NCBI GenBank assembly: GCA_029961055.1
Contig: JASBVM010000048.1
Coordinates: 5,600 to 69,599 of the forward strand
Direction: 5' to 3'
From: Bacillota bacterium
Lineage (GTDB): Bacteria > Bacillota > Sulfobacillia > JAIMAT01
DNA length: 64,000 nucleotides
Position numbers and translations under genes: made by a program. Position 1 is the stretch's first letter, and every line of letters starts with the position of its first letter. This document shows, in pieces, positions 22,327-32,543 of the stretch. The notes under the pieces are model-generated. The model was not told the DNA's origin and did no database searches. It saw only the letters and a list, made by a program, of their open reading frames with translations.

Positions 22327-23490
22327 GTGCTGGACCTCCGAGCCGTGCGCGCGGAGCTTCCCGCGCTCGAACGCGCGGTCTATCTGAACACGGGCACGGC
22401 GGGGCCGCTGCCCCGGCGGGCCGTGGCGGCGCTGGAAGAGGCGCTGGCGCGCGAGGCCGGGGAGGGCCGGGCCTGGCCCGACCTCTGGCCGCTGGCCATG
22501 GAACGGAGGGAGGCGCTGCGCGCCCGGCTGGCCGCCTTCCTGGGGGCGGACCCGGACGAGATCGCCCTCACCCATCACACCACCGAGGGGCTGAACATCG
22601 TCCTCTGGGGGATCGAGTGGGAGCCTGGCGACGAGGTGGTCGCCACGGACGCCGAACACGAGGGCGGTCTGGTCCCTCTCTACCTTCTTCACCAGCGCCG
22701 CGGCGTCGGCGTCCGCTTCGCCCCCACCGGCGACGGATCGGAGGAAGCGGTGCTGGAGGGGATCCGCCGGGCGCTGACGCCTTCCACGCGCCTTCTCCTG
22801 CTCTCCCACGTCACCTACTCCTCCGGCGCCCGGCTCCCCTTGGCCCGGATCGCGGCGCTGGCCCACGAACGGGAGGTCCCGGTGCTGGTGGACGGCGCCC
22901 AGTCGGCGGGCGCCATCCCCGTCGACGTCCACGGCCTGGACGTCGACTTCTACGCCTTGCCGGGGCAGAAGTGGCTTCTCGGGCCCGAAGGGACCGGCGC
23001 GCTCTACGTCCGCTCCGACCGGCTGGCCGCCCTGCGGCCGGCCTTCGCCGGCTGGGGCAGCGTCCGCCACGGGTCGGTGGCCGCGGACGAACCCCGCCTG
23101 GAGCTGGCCGAGGGGGCGCGGCGCTTCGAAGTCGGCACCGTCTTCGAACCGGGGCTCGAGGCTTGGCGGGCGAGCCTGGAATGGCTGGAGTCGCTGGGCT
23201 GGGCGGCGATCTTCGAGCGGGTCGGGCGCCTGGCGGCGTACGCCCGCGACCGGCTGCGCGAGCTCCCCGGACTCCGGGTGACCACGCCGGCCAACGCCGG
23301 CGGTCTCCTCCACTTCGAGGTCGACGGGTCCGATCCGGTCCGCCTGCTGGCCGCGCTCCGGGAGCGGGGGTTCATGTTGCGCCTGACGCCGCGGCCGCAG
23401 AGGTTTCGCATCTCGACCGGCTTCTTCAACACGGAGGAAGAGATCGACCGTCTCGCCCAGGCTCTCTCGGAACTGGTCGGCTCCCGCTGA
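22327..23490 (+). CDS. PLP class V enzyme, cystine C-S lyase (C-DES)-like; contains no cysteine
   Basis: YLNTG, EH, LSHV, DGAQSAG, PGQKWLLGPEGTG, AGWGS, RFEVGT; no SufS/IscS catalytic Cys loop. Confidence 0.8.
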   Translation: MLDLRAVRAELPALERAVYLNTGTAGPLPRRAVAALEEALAREAGEGRAWPDLWPLAMERREALRARLAAFLGADPDEIALTHHTTEGLNIVLWGIEWEPGDEVVATDAEHEGGLVPLYLLHQRRGVGVRFAPTGDGSEEAVLEGIRRALTPSTRLLLLSHVTYSSGARLPLARIAALAHEREVPVLVDGAQSAGAIPVDVHGLDVDFYALPGQKWLLGPEGTGALYVRSDRLAALRPAFAGWGSVRHGSVAADEPRLELAEGARRFEVGTVFEPGLEAWRASLEWLESLGWAAIFERVGRLAAYARDRLRELPGLRVTTPANAGGLLHFEVDGSDPVRLLAALRERGFMLRLTPRPQRFRISTGFFNTEEEIDRLAQALSELVGSR

Positions 23491-23599
23491 TCCTGGCGGC
23501 TTGAGGGTGAGCGGGCGGACTCCTCCTGGCGCCGAAGCGGGTCCGGCGGGCAGACTCCGACTGCAGGCCGAAAGCCAGGCTGCGAAGGTGGGATCACCG

Positions 23600-23821
23600 G
23601 TGGCACGGCGTGGTGGCCTGATGTCGGACGCGCTCAAGGTCGAGCTGGCGCGCGAGCTGGGCGTGGCGGACGTGGTGGAGCGCGAGGGGTGGGGACCCGT
23701 CTCCTCGCGGGACTGCGGAAGCCTGGTGCGGCTCGCCATCGAGCGGGCCGAGCGTTCCATGGCCGGCGGGGCCCGGGCGGGGATCGGGCAGCCGGCCGGG
23801 AGCCCCCTGCTCCGCCGCTGA
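23600..23821 (+). CDS. sspF: Small acid-soluble spore protein, SspF-like
   Basis: ARRGGLMSDALKVELARELG...GWGPVSSRDCGSLVRLAIERAE. Confidence 0.85.
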   Translation: MARRGGLMSDALKVELARELGVADVVEREGWGPVSSRDCGSLVRLAIERAERSMAGGARAGIGQPAGSPLLRR

Positions 23822-23964
23822 GCCGGGCGCGCGGGCTGAGCCCCGCGCGCTGCCGGTGAGGATCGCCCGACGGTGAGACGTCCGCGAAAGGGAGCGGCCC
23901 GGGCCATTCGCCCGGGCCGCTCGCCACGCCGGGGAGGGCGGCGGCCCCCCGCCCGTCCCGCCCT

Positions 23965-25362
<1,398 letters not shown>

Positions 25363-25517
25363 GCTGGGTACCCCCTTCCGGTCTACGAGCCTGATTTCGC
25401 CGGGGCCCCCTCATTTCCTCATCCGCCCGGAAGGCGGGCGCCCGCGCGGAGCGAATCGCCCTTCTAGCGGGGCTCCGCGCCGCCGCGCGGCGGCCCGGCG
25501 GGGAGGGAGGGTGGGCG

Positions 25518-26531
25518 GTGCGGGTGGTGATCACGGGCGGCACGGGGCTGATCGGTCGGGCGTTGTGCGAGAGCCTGGCCGGGGACGGCCACGAGGTGAC
25601 GGTGCTCAGCCGGAGACCGGATGCGGAGCGGAAGCGGCGCCTTCCTCCCGGTTGCCGCCTCCTGCCCTGGCCCGCCCTGCCCGCGGCCGAGCGGACCCTG
25701 TTGCCGGGGCCCCGGCCGGGCGAGTCCGACGGGTGGCGGCGCGCCCTGGAGGAGGCGGAGGCGGTCGTCCATCTGGCGGGCGAGTCGATCGCCGGCGGCC
25801 GGTGGAACCAGGCCCGGAAGGAGAGGATCCGGGGCAGCCGGGTCGCCTCCACCCGGGCGCTGGTGGAGGCGCTGGCGGCGGCGGAGCGGAGGCCGGGGGT
25901 CCTGGTCAGCGCCTCGGCGGTGGGCTACTACGGCCCCCGCGGCGACGAGGAAGTGACCGAGGAGTCGCCCCCCGGCTCCGACTTCCTGGCGCGGGTCTGC
26001 GTCGCCTGGGAGCGGGAGGCGGAGGTGGCCGAGGGGCTGGGGCTGCGCGTGGTCCTGCTGCGGACAGGGTTGCTGCTGGCCGCCCAGGGCGGCGCGCTGC
26101 CGGAGCTCGTCCGGCCGTTCCGGCTCTGGGTGGGCGGTCCCCTGGGCACGGGGAGGCAGTGGGTGCCCTGGATCCACCTGGCCGACGAGGTCGGCCTGAT
26201 CCGCTGGGCGCTGGAGGAGGAGCGGCTGCGCGGGCCGCTCAACGCCACCGCACCCGAGCCGGTCCGCCAGCGAGAGCTGGCGCGCCAGCTGGGGCGGGTG
26301 CTGGCAAGGCCGTCCTGGCTCCCCGCGCCGGCACCGCTGCTCCGTCTGGCGCTGGGCGAGATGGCGGAGGCGCTCCTCCTGGGCGGGCAGCGCGCGCTGC
26401 CCGCGCGGGCGCTGGCGCTGGGCTACCGCTTCCGCTTTCCGCGGCTGGAGCCGGCGCTCCGGGATCTCCTGGGCCCGCGCCGCGGGCGCGACGGCCCGCC
26501 GGGCGAGGAGCGGTACCCCTCCGGTCCGTGA
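25518..26531 (+). CDS. TIGR01777/YfcH-like NAD-dependent epimerase family oxidoreductase
   Basis: ITGGTGLIG, HLAGESI, SASAVGYYG, GPLGTGRQWVPWIH, NATAP. Confidence 0.9.
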   Translation: MRVVITGGTGLIGRALCESLAGDGHEVTVLSRRPDAERKRRLPPGCRLLPWPALPAAERTLLPGPRPGESDGWRRALEEAEAVVHLAGESIAGGRWNQARKERIRGSRVASTRALVEALAAAERRPGVLVSASAVGYYGPRGDEEVTEESPPGSDFLARVCVAWEREAEVAEGLGLRVVLLRTGLLLAAQGGALPELVRPFRLWVGGPLGTGRQWVPWIHLADEVGLIRWALEEERLRGPLNATAPEPVRQRELARQLGRVLARPSWLPAPAPLLRLALGEMAEALLLGGQRALPARALALGYRFRFPRLEPALRDLLGPRRGRDGPPGEERYPSGP

Positions 26532-26613
26532 ACCGGGTCCGGAGGGAGGCCGCACCCCCGTGCGCGGGCGGAACGGAGAGGCGAGACCGACGCAGAAAAG
26601 GGGTTGGCGAACT

Positions 26614-27654
26614 TTGCAGGAGAGGATCTCCCGACCGCGCGGCCCCGAGGCCGCGCTCCTGGACGGCTACCCGCACGTCCCCTGGCGGCGCGGCCAGGTC
26701 AATCTGCGCCGGGAGCGGAACCGCTTCGAACAGGGTGAGATCGGCGCGGCGGCGCTGGCGGCAGCCTACGACGCGACGGTCCTGCGCATCGTGGGCGAGC
26801 AGGAGGAGGCCGGCCTCGACCCGGTCACGGACGGGCAGGCGCGGCAGGACGACCTGATGGAGCCGCTCGTCCGCGACCTGTCCGGCCTCGAGCCGGGCGG
26901 CCTGCTGCGCTACTACGACAACAACTTCTACTACCGGGCCCCCAGGGTCACCGGCCGGATCGCGGCGCGGGGCATGAGCCTGGCCGGCCAGGTCGCCTGG
27001 CTGGTGCGGCGGACGAGCCGCCGGGTGAAGGTGGTGCTGCCGGGTCCGCTGACCGCGGCCGCGCTGGTGGTGGACGAGCACTACCACGATCGCGAAAGGC
27101 TGCTGGCCGACCTGAGCGAGGCGCTCCACCTGCTGGCCGGGCAGGCGGTGGAGGCGGGAGCGGCCGTCCTTCAGCTGGACGAGCCGGAGCTGGTCCGCCC
27201 GCAGGGGGAGAACCGGGTGAGGGCCCGCCAGGAGCGGGCCGCCTGGCTGTCGGAGGCCCGGCAGGCGACGGCGCGGGTGGTCGAGGGGCTGGGCGCCCGC
27301 ACCCAGGTGGCGCTCTTCTTCGGCCCGTCGGCGCCCCTCCTGGACGAGCTGGCCGGCTGGCCGGCGGACGACCTGCTCTTCGACCTGGCTTCCGATCCCT
27401 CGCTCGTCGACGGGCTGGCCGGCGGGGGTTTCCCCAAGGGGGTGGGGCTCGGCTGGCTGGACGCGCGCCAGCCCCGCCTGGAGCCGGTGGAGGAGGCGGA
27501 GCGGCTCGTCGACAGGCTTTCCGGGAAGATCCCGCTGGAACGGATCACGCTCCACCCCAGCGCCAGCCTCGAGTTCCTCCCGGCCGACAAGGCCCGGGCC
27601 AAGCTGGAACGGCTGGGCGAGGCGCTGCGGGCGATCAGGGGGGATGGGCGATGA
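26614..27654 (+). CDS. Cobalamin-independent methionine synthase, N-terminal (folate-binding) half of split MetE
   Basis: VTDGQ, RYYDNNFYYRAP, LPGPLT, QLDEP, HPSASLEFLP; Zn ligands absent; TTG start inferred from RBS. Confidence 0.8.
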   Translation: MQERISRPRGPEAALLDGYPHVPWRRGQVNLRRERNRFEQGEIGAAALAAAYDATVLRIVGEQEEAGLDPVTDGQARQDDLMEPLVRDLSGLEPGGLLRYYDNNFYYRAPRVTGRIAARGMSLAGQVAWLVRRTSRRVKVVLPGPLTAAALVVDEHYHDRERLLADLSEALHLLAGQAVEAGAAVLQLDEPELVRPQGENRVRARQERAAWLSEARQATARVVEGLGARTQVALFFGPSAPLLDELAGWPADDLLFDLASDPSLVDGLAGGGFPKGVGLGWLDARQPRLEPVEEAERLVDRLSGKIPLERITLHPSASLEFLPADKARAKLERLGEALRAIRGDGR

Positions 27655-28682
27655 CGACAGGCGGGCAGGGCGGCAGCCGGACCGGCCCCAGGAAGCTGGG
27701 CGTCCCCCACCGGACGCTGCGCACCACCGGGGTCGGCAGCCTGCCCAAGCCGCCCGCGCTGCTGGAGGCGCGGGAGCGGGCGCAGCGGGGCGAGATCGGC
27801 GCCGACGAGCTCCGGCGGCTGGAGCGGAAGGCCACGGAGGAGTGGATCCGCTTCCAGGAGTCGATCGGCATCGACATCCCCGTACACGGCGAGATGGAGC
27901 GGGGCGACATGGCCACCTTCTTCGCCGAGCTCCTGGAGGGTTTCACCATCTCGGGCCCGGTCCGCTCCTACGGGAACCGCTACTACCGGAAGCCGATCGT
28001 GGTCGGGCCGGTGCGCCGGGTCCGCCCGCTCACGGTGGAGCGCTGGCGCGAAGCCCAGGCGCTGACCGACCGGCCGGTCAAGGCGATCCTGACCGGTCCC
28101 TACACGATGTGCGACTGGTCCTTCAACGAGTACTACCCCGACCGCAGGAGCCTCGCCCTGGCGCTGGCGGAGGCGCTCCACGAGGAGGCGCGGGCGCTGG
28201 AGGAAGCCGGGGCGCAGTTCATCCAGATCGACGAGCCGGCCATCTCCACCCGGCCGGAGGAGATCGACCTGGCGATCGAGGCCCTGGGAAGGGTGACCGA
28301 GGGGCTCCGGGCCCACACCATCAGCCACATCTGCTACGGCCGCTGGGAGGAGGTCTTCCCGGCCATCCTCTCGCTGCCCGTGGCCCAGCTCGACCTGGAG
28401 ATGGCCAACGGCGGCTACGCGCTGCTCGACCTGCTGCGCCGCTATCCCTCCCACGGCAAGGAGATCGGGTTGGGCGTGATCGACGTCCACAGCCACCGGA
28501 TCGAGAGCGTGGAGGAGGTGAAGCAGGGCATCTACCGCGCGTTGGAGGTGCTTCCTGCCGACCGGGTCTACGTCGATCCCGACTGCGGCCTCAAGACGCG
28601 TACCGAGGAGGAAGCCAGGCGGAAGCTGGAGGTGATGGTGCGTGCCGTCCGGGAGGTGCGCGAGGAGCTGGGGCTGACGTGA
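27651..28682 (+). CDS. metE: Cobalamin-independent methionine synthase, catalytic Zn half of split MetE
   Basis: TTGVGSLPKP, VHGEMERGDM, VRSYG, TGPYT, QIDEPA, HICYG, DPDCGLKTR; ATGA overlap. Confidence 0.88.
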   Translation: MTTGGQGGSRTGPRKLGVPHRTLRTTGVGSLPKPPALLEARERAQRGEIGADELRRLERKATEEWIRFQESIGIDIPVHGEMERGDMATFFAELLEGFTISGPVRSYGNRYYRKPIVVGPVRRVRPLTVERWREAQALTDRPVKAILTGPYTMCDWSFNEYYPDRRSLALALAEALHEEARALEEAGAQFIQIDEPAISTRPEEIDLAIEALGRVTEGLRAHTISHICYGRWEEVFPAILSLPVAQLDLEMANGGYALLDLLRRYPSHGKEIGLGVIDVHSHRIESVEEVKQGIYRALEVLPADRVYVDPDCGLKTRTEEEARRKLEVMVRAVREVREELGLT

Positions 28683-30634
28683 GCAGCCCCTTCCTGAAGG
28701 CGCTGGAGCAGGGGCCGCTCCTCGCCGACGGTGCCGTCGGCACGCAGCTCCACGCGCGGGGCGCGCCGCTGCAGGGTTCGCTGGAGCTGCTCAACCTGCG
28801 CTCGCCGGAGCTCGTCCTCGACCTCCACCTGGACTATCTCCGGGCCGGCGCGCAGCTGCTGACCACCAACACCTTCCAGGGGCACCGGCTGGCGCTCGCG
28901 CCCCACGGGCTGGAGGACGAGGTCTGGAACCTCAACGTGGCCGCGGTCAAGCTGGCCCGCCAGGCGCGGGAGATGGCCGGCCGCGAGGCGCTCGTCGGCG
29001 CCTCGGTGGGGCCCTGCCAGGGGGCGATGGCCCCCCTGGGCCGGCTGCAGGCGGAGGCGGTGGAGAGCGCCTACCGCGAGCAGGTGCGGGCGCTGGTGGC
29101 CGGCGGGGCCGATCTCTTCCTGCTGGAGACGTTCTCGGACCCGCGCCAGCTGGCGCTGGCGCTGCGCGCGGTGCGCGCGGAGTCGGACCTGCCCGCGGTC
29201 GCCTTCTTCACCTTCTCCGCCGACGGGACCACGCTCTTCGGCGCGCCCGTGGAGCGGGCGGCGGAGGAGTTCCTCGAGGCGCTGGACGGCCAGCCGCTGC
29301 CGGAGCTGCTGGGCGTCAACTGCGGCGCCGGGCCGGCCCCCAGCCTGGAGAGCCTGGCCCGGCTGGAGCGCGCCCTGGAGGAGCTTCTCCCGGCCGGACG
29401 ACGGCCGTGGTGGGCGCTCTCGCCCAACGCCGGGCTGCCTCAGCGGGTGGAGGGACGCGTCCACTACCCCGCCCATCCCGCCTACTTCGCCCGGACGGTG
29501 GCCCGGGGGCTCCAGCTGGGGGCGCGGCTGGTGGGTGGCTGCTGCGGCACCTCGCCGGAGCACGTGGCCCAGCTCCGGCTCGAGCTGGAGCGCGGGCACC
29601 CCGGGCCGGGCGCCGCCCGGAGCGGGAGACAGGGGGTGCTGCGCGCAGGGCGGGCCCAGCGAGGGCCCGGGACCGCCGGGGGCGGGGGCACGCCCGGCGC
29701 CCCTGCCCCGGAGGAAGCGACCGCGGCGGGGGAGGGCGCGGGCTCCCGGCTGGCCGCCCGACTCGGCCGGCGGCTGGTGCTCAGCCTGGAGCTCGACCCG
29801 CCGCGGGGCGCCGTGGTGGAGCGCTTCCTCGCCCAGGCGCGGGCGGCGCGGGAGGCCGGGGTCGACGCCGTCAACGTGGGCGACAGCCCCATGGCACGGG
29901 TGCGGATGTCCTCCCTGGCGGCCGCGCACCTCGCCCAGCGGGAGGCGGGCGTCGAGGCGATCCTCCACTTCACCACCCGGGACCGGAACCTGATGGGGCT
30001 CCAGGCGGACCTGCTGGGCGCCCATGCGCTCGGCATCCGGAACGTCCTGGCGCTGACCGGCGATCCCCCCGCCCTGGGCAACTACGCCCACGCCACGGCC
30101 GTCTACGACCTGGACTCGGTGGGCCTGATCCGGCTCCTCCGCCAGCTGAACGACGGCGAGGACGCCGCCGGCAACCGGCTGGCCCAGCCGACCCGCTTCC
30201 TCATCGGCTGCGCGCTCAACCCCGCCGCCGCCGATCTGGAGCGGGAGGTGGAGCGCTTCCGGGCGAAGGTGGCCGCCGGCGCCCACTTCGCCATGACGCA
30301 GCCGGTCTACGACCCCTCCGAGCTGGAGGTGGTCCTGGACCGGCTGGGCGGCCCGCCCGTCCCCGTCCTGGCCGGCCTGATGCCGCTGGCCAGCTACCCG
30401 CACGCCCTCTACCTGCACAACGAGGTGCCCGGCATCCGCATCCCCGAGGCGCTCCTCCGGCGCATGGAATCGGCGGGGAGCGAGGCGCACCGGGTCGGAC
30501 TGGAGGCGGTCCAGGAGGTGTGGGAGCGGATCCGGCCCTGGGTGGCCGGCGCCTACGTGGTCCCCAGCTTCCAGCGGGTGGAGGACGCCCTCGCCCTCAC
30601 GCGCTGGCTCCGGGCTCAGGAGCCGGCCGGGTGA
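28679..30634 (+). CDS. yitJ: Bifunctional homocysteine S-methyltransferase / methylenetetrahydrofolate reductase
   Basis: LADGAVGT, TTNTF, ETFSD, GVNCG, PNAGLP, GGCCGT; ELDPPRG, DSPMARVRMS, RDRNLMGLQ, LTGDPP, TQPVYD. Confidence 0.92.
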   Translation: MSSPFLKALEQGPLLADGAVGTQLHARGAPLQGSLELLNLRSPELVLDLHLDYLRAGAQLLTTNTFQGHRLALAPHGLEDEVWNLNVAAVKLARQAREMAGREALVGASVGPCQGAMAPLGRLQAEAVESAYREQVRALVAGGADLFLLETFSDPRQLALALRAVRAESDLPAVAFFTFSADGTTLFGAPVERAAEEFLEALDGQPLPELLGVNCGAGPAPSLESLARLERALEELLPAGRRPWWALSPNAGLPQRVEGRVHYPAHPAYFARTVARGLQLGARLVGGCCGTSPEHVAQLRLELERGHPGPGAARSGRQGVLRAGRAQRGPGTAGGGGTPGAPAPEEATAAGEGAGSRLAARLGRRLVLSLELDPPRGAVVERFLAQARAAREAGVDAVNVGDSPMARVRMSSLAAAHLAQREAGVEAILHFTTRDRNLMGLQADLLGAHALGIRNVLALTGDPPALGNYAHATAVYDLDSVGLIRLLRQLNDGEDAAGNRLAQPTRFLIGCALNPAAADLEREVERFRAKVAAGAHFAMTQPVYDPSELEVVLDRLGGPPVPVLAGLMPLASYPHALYLHNEVPGIRIPEALLRRMESAGSEAHRVGLEAVQEVWERIRPWVAGAYVVPSFQRVEDALALTRWLRAQEPAG

Positions 30635-31020
30635 GCCGCGGGCCGGCTCGCCTCCAGGAGCCGGCGGAGCCCGTCGGGCAGGCGGCGCGCCCGCCCGCTC
30701 GCCCGGTCGACCAGCACCTGGACCGTCTCGCCGCTGGCCACGGCCCGGCCGTCCTCGCCCTCGACCCGGTACTCCAGCGTGAAGGCGGAGCTGCGCACCT
30801 CGCCGACGCGCAGGCCGATGCGGAGCCTCTCGCCGAAGCGGGCGGGGCTCCGGAAGGTGCACCGCGCCTCCGCCAGCACCATCGGAAAGGAGCCGTCCAG
30901 CGCCCCTTCCAGCGCCTCCTCCAGCCAGAGGGTGCGGGCTTCCTCGAAGTAGGTGAAGTAGACCGCGTTGTTGACGTGGCCCATCATGTCGCAGTCGCGC
31001 CAGGTGACGCGCCGCGTCAT
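30616..31020 (-). CDS. Acyl-CoA thioesterase (4HBT/YbgC hotdog fold)
   Basis: DCDMMGHVNNAVYFTYFEEAR; TGATG coupling to cysE (alternative CTG start at 31041). Confidence 0.88.
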   Translation of the reverse strand: MTRRVTWRDCDMMGHVNNAVYFTYFEEARTLWLEEALEGALDGSFPMVLAEARCTFRSPARFGERLRIGLRVGEVRSSAFTLEYRVEGEDGRAVASGETVQVLVDRASGRARRLPDGLRRLLEASRPAAHPAGS

Positions 31021-32021
31021 CAGGAAGCCGAACCCGTCCAGCTCCGTTCCCCCCTCGCGGGCTGCGCCGCGCCATGGGGCGGCCGCAGCTCCACCGTCGG
31101 CCGGTGGAGCACCATCGCGCCGGCCGGGACGCTCTCGGTCACCCAGCAGTTGCCGCCGATGACGGCGCCGCGGCCGACGACCGTCGAGCCGCCCAGGATG
31201 GTGGCGCCGGAGTAGACGACGACGTCGTCCTCCAGGGTGGGGTGGCGCTTCTGGTTGCGGATCAGCTCGCCGTGCTCGTCCTTGGGGAAGCTGAGCGCGC
31301 CGATGGTCACCCCCTGGTAGAGCTTGACGTGATCGCCGATCACGGCGGTCTCGCCGATGACCACGCCGGTCCCGTGGTCGATGAAGAAGTTCCGGCCGAT
31401 CCGGGCGCCGGGGTGAATGTCGATGCCCGTCACGCTGTGCGCATGTTCCGTCATCATGCGCGGGATGAGCGGAACGCCCAGGCGCCAGAGCTCGTGCGCC
31501 AGCCGGTAGACCAGGACGGCGAAGAAGCCGGGATAAGCGAGCAGGATCTCGTCGTAGCTCTTGGCCGCGGGGTCGCCGTCGTAGGCGGCCCGCACGTCGC
31601 CGCAGAGCGTCGCCCGGATGTCGGGCAGGCGCGCGATGAACTCCGCCGCCACCTCCTGCGCCCAGCCCATCTCGGGGCAGACCGAGCCGGAGGTGTCGCA
31701 CGCGTGGGGCCGGGCCGAGTGGATCTCGTCGGCCAGATCCCAGAAGATGTCGCCCAGGCGCTCGTTGAGCGCCGTGACGTCGAGGCGGACGGCCTGCCGC
31801 CCGCTGTAATGTCCGGGGAAGAGCACCCGGCGGAGTTTCCCGATCAGGCGGACCAGCCGCTCCGCGTCAGGGTACCGGGGGGCGGCGGGTTCCGGCAGGT
31901 CGCCCTCCCGATGCTCCGCGTGGAGCCGCTCGGCCGCCTCGGCCACACGCTCCACGGCTCGCTCCAGGACGCCGCGCGGGACCCGGCCGCCCTCCTCCTC
32001 CAGGTCATGGGCCAATGCCAT
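31020..32021 (-). CDS. cysE: Serine O-acetyltransferase (long EpsC-like type)
   Basis: GDPAA, YPG, YRLAHEL, TGIDIHPGA.IG..FFIDHGTGVVIGET, KRHPT; AGGAGG RBS. Confidence 0.93.
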   Translation of the reverse strand: MALAHDLEEEGGRVPRGVLERAVERVAEAAERLHAEHREGDLPEPAAPRYPDAERLVRLIGKLRRVLFPGHYSGRQAVRLDVTALNERLGDIFWDLADEIHSARPHACDTSGSVCPEMGWAQEVAAEFIARLPDIRATLCGDVRAAYDGDPAAKSYDEILLAYPGFFAVLVYRLAHELWRLGVPLIPRMMTEHAHSVTGIDIHPGARIGRNFFIDHGTGVVIGETAVIGDHVKLYQGVTIGALSFPKDEHGELIRNQKRHPTLEDDVVVYSGATILGGSTVVGRGAVIGGNCWVTESVPAGAMVLHRPTVELRPPHGAAQPARGERSWTGSAS

Positions 32022-32101
32022 CGCCCTCCTTCGCTCCCCCAATCTAGCATCGCGGGCGCACCGGCCGCATACGCCTGGAGCGAACCGCCGGGGGTGAGGC
32101 C

Positions 32102-32488
32102 ATGGGCGATCTGAAGGCGATGGCCGACCAGATCCGGGCACACGAGTCGGAGCTGGTGCCGCACTACGAGGAGCTGGCGCGGGCGGCCCAGACGCCCGCG
32201 GAGATCAAGATCGTCCACCAGCTCAAGTCCTATCAGCGGCTCCAGCTGCTCAGCCTCGAGCTGCTGGGCGATCGGGTGCCGGAGCGCTTCCTGGGCTTCG
32301 GGCGCGTCTCCGCCGACGACGTCAACATCCGCTCGGCACCCAACGGGCAGTCCAGCCTGGTGGGCAAGGTGCGGCAGGGCGACCAGGTGATCATCTGCAG
32401 CTACCAGGGCTACTGGGTCGAGGTCCAGGTGATGCACGGCCCGTCCGGGTACATCTTCCGCGACTACGTCCAGGAAGAGGGCGGCTGA
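32102..32488 (+). CDS. Small protein with C-terminal bacterial SH3 domain
   Basis: VNIRSAPN...VGKVRQGDQV...WVEV...GYIFRDYV. Confidence 0.8.
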   Translation: MGDLKAMADQIRAHESELVPHYEELARAAQTPAEIKIVHQLKSYQRLQLLSLELLGDRVPERFLGFGRVSADDVNIRSAPNGQSSLVGKVRQGDQVIICSYQGYWVEVQVMHGPSGYIFRDYVQEEGG

Positions 32489-32543
32489 GCGGAAGGAAGC
32501 CGCCCTCCCGGGGCGAAGCCGCTTCCCCACGGAGGCGGCTCGT

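Noticed and set aside
22327-23490. Cysteine desulfurase (SufS/IscS) call
   Set aside because: The protein contains no cysteine, so it cannot form the enzyme-bound persulfide.
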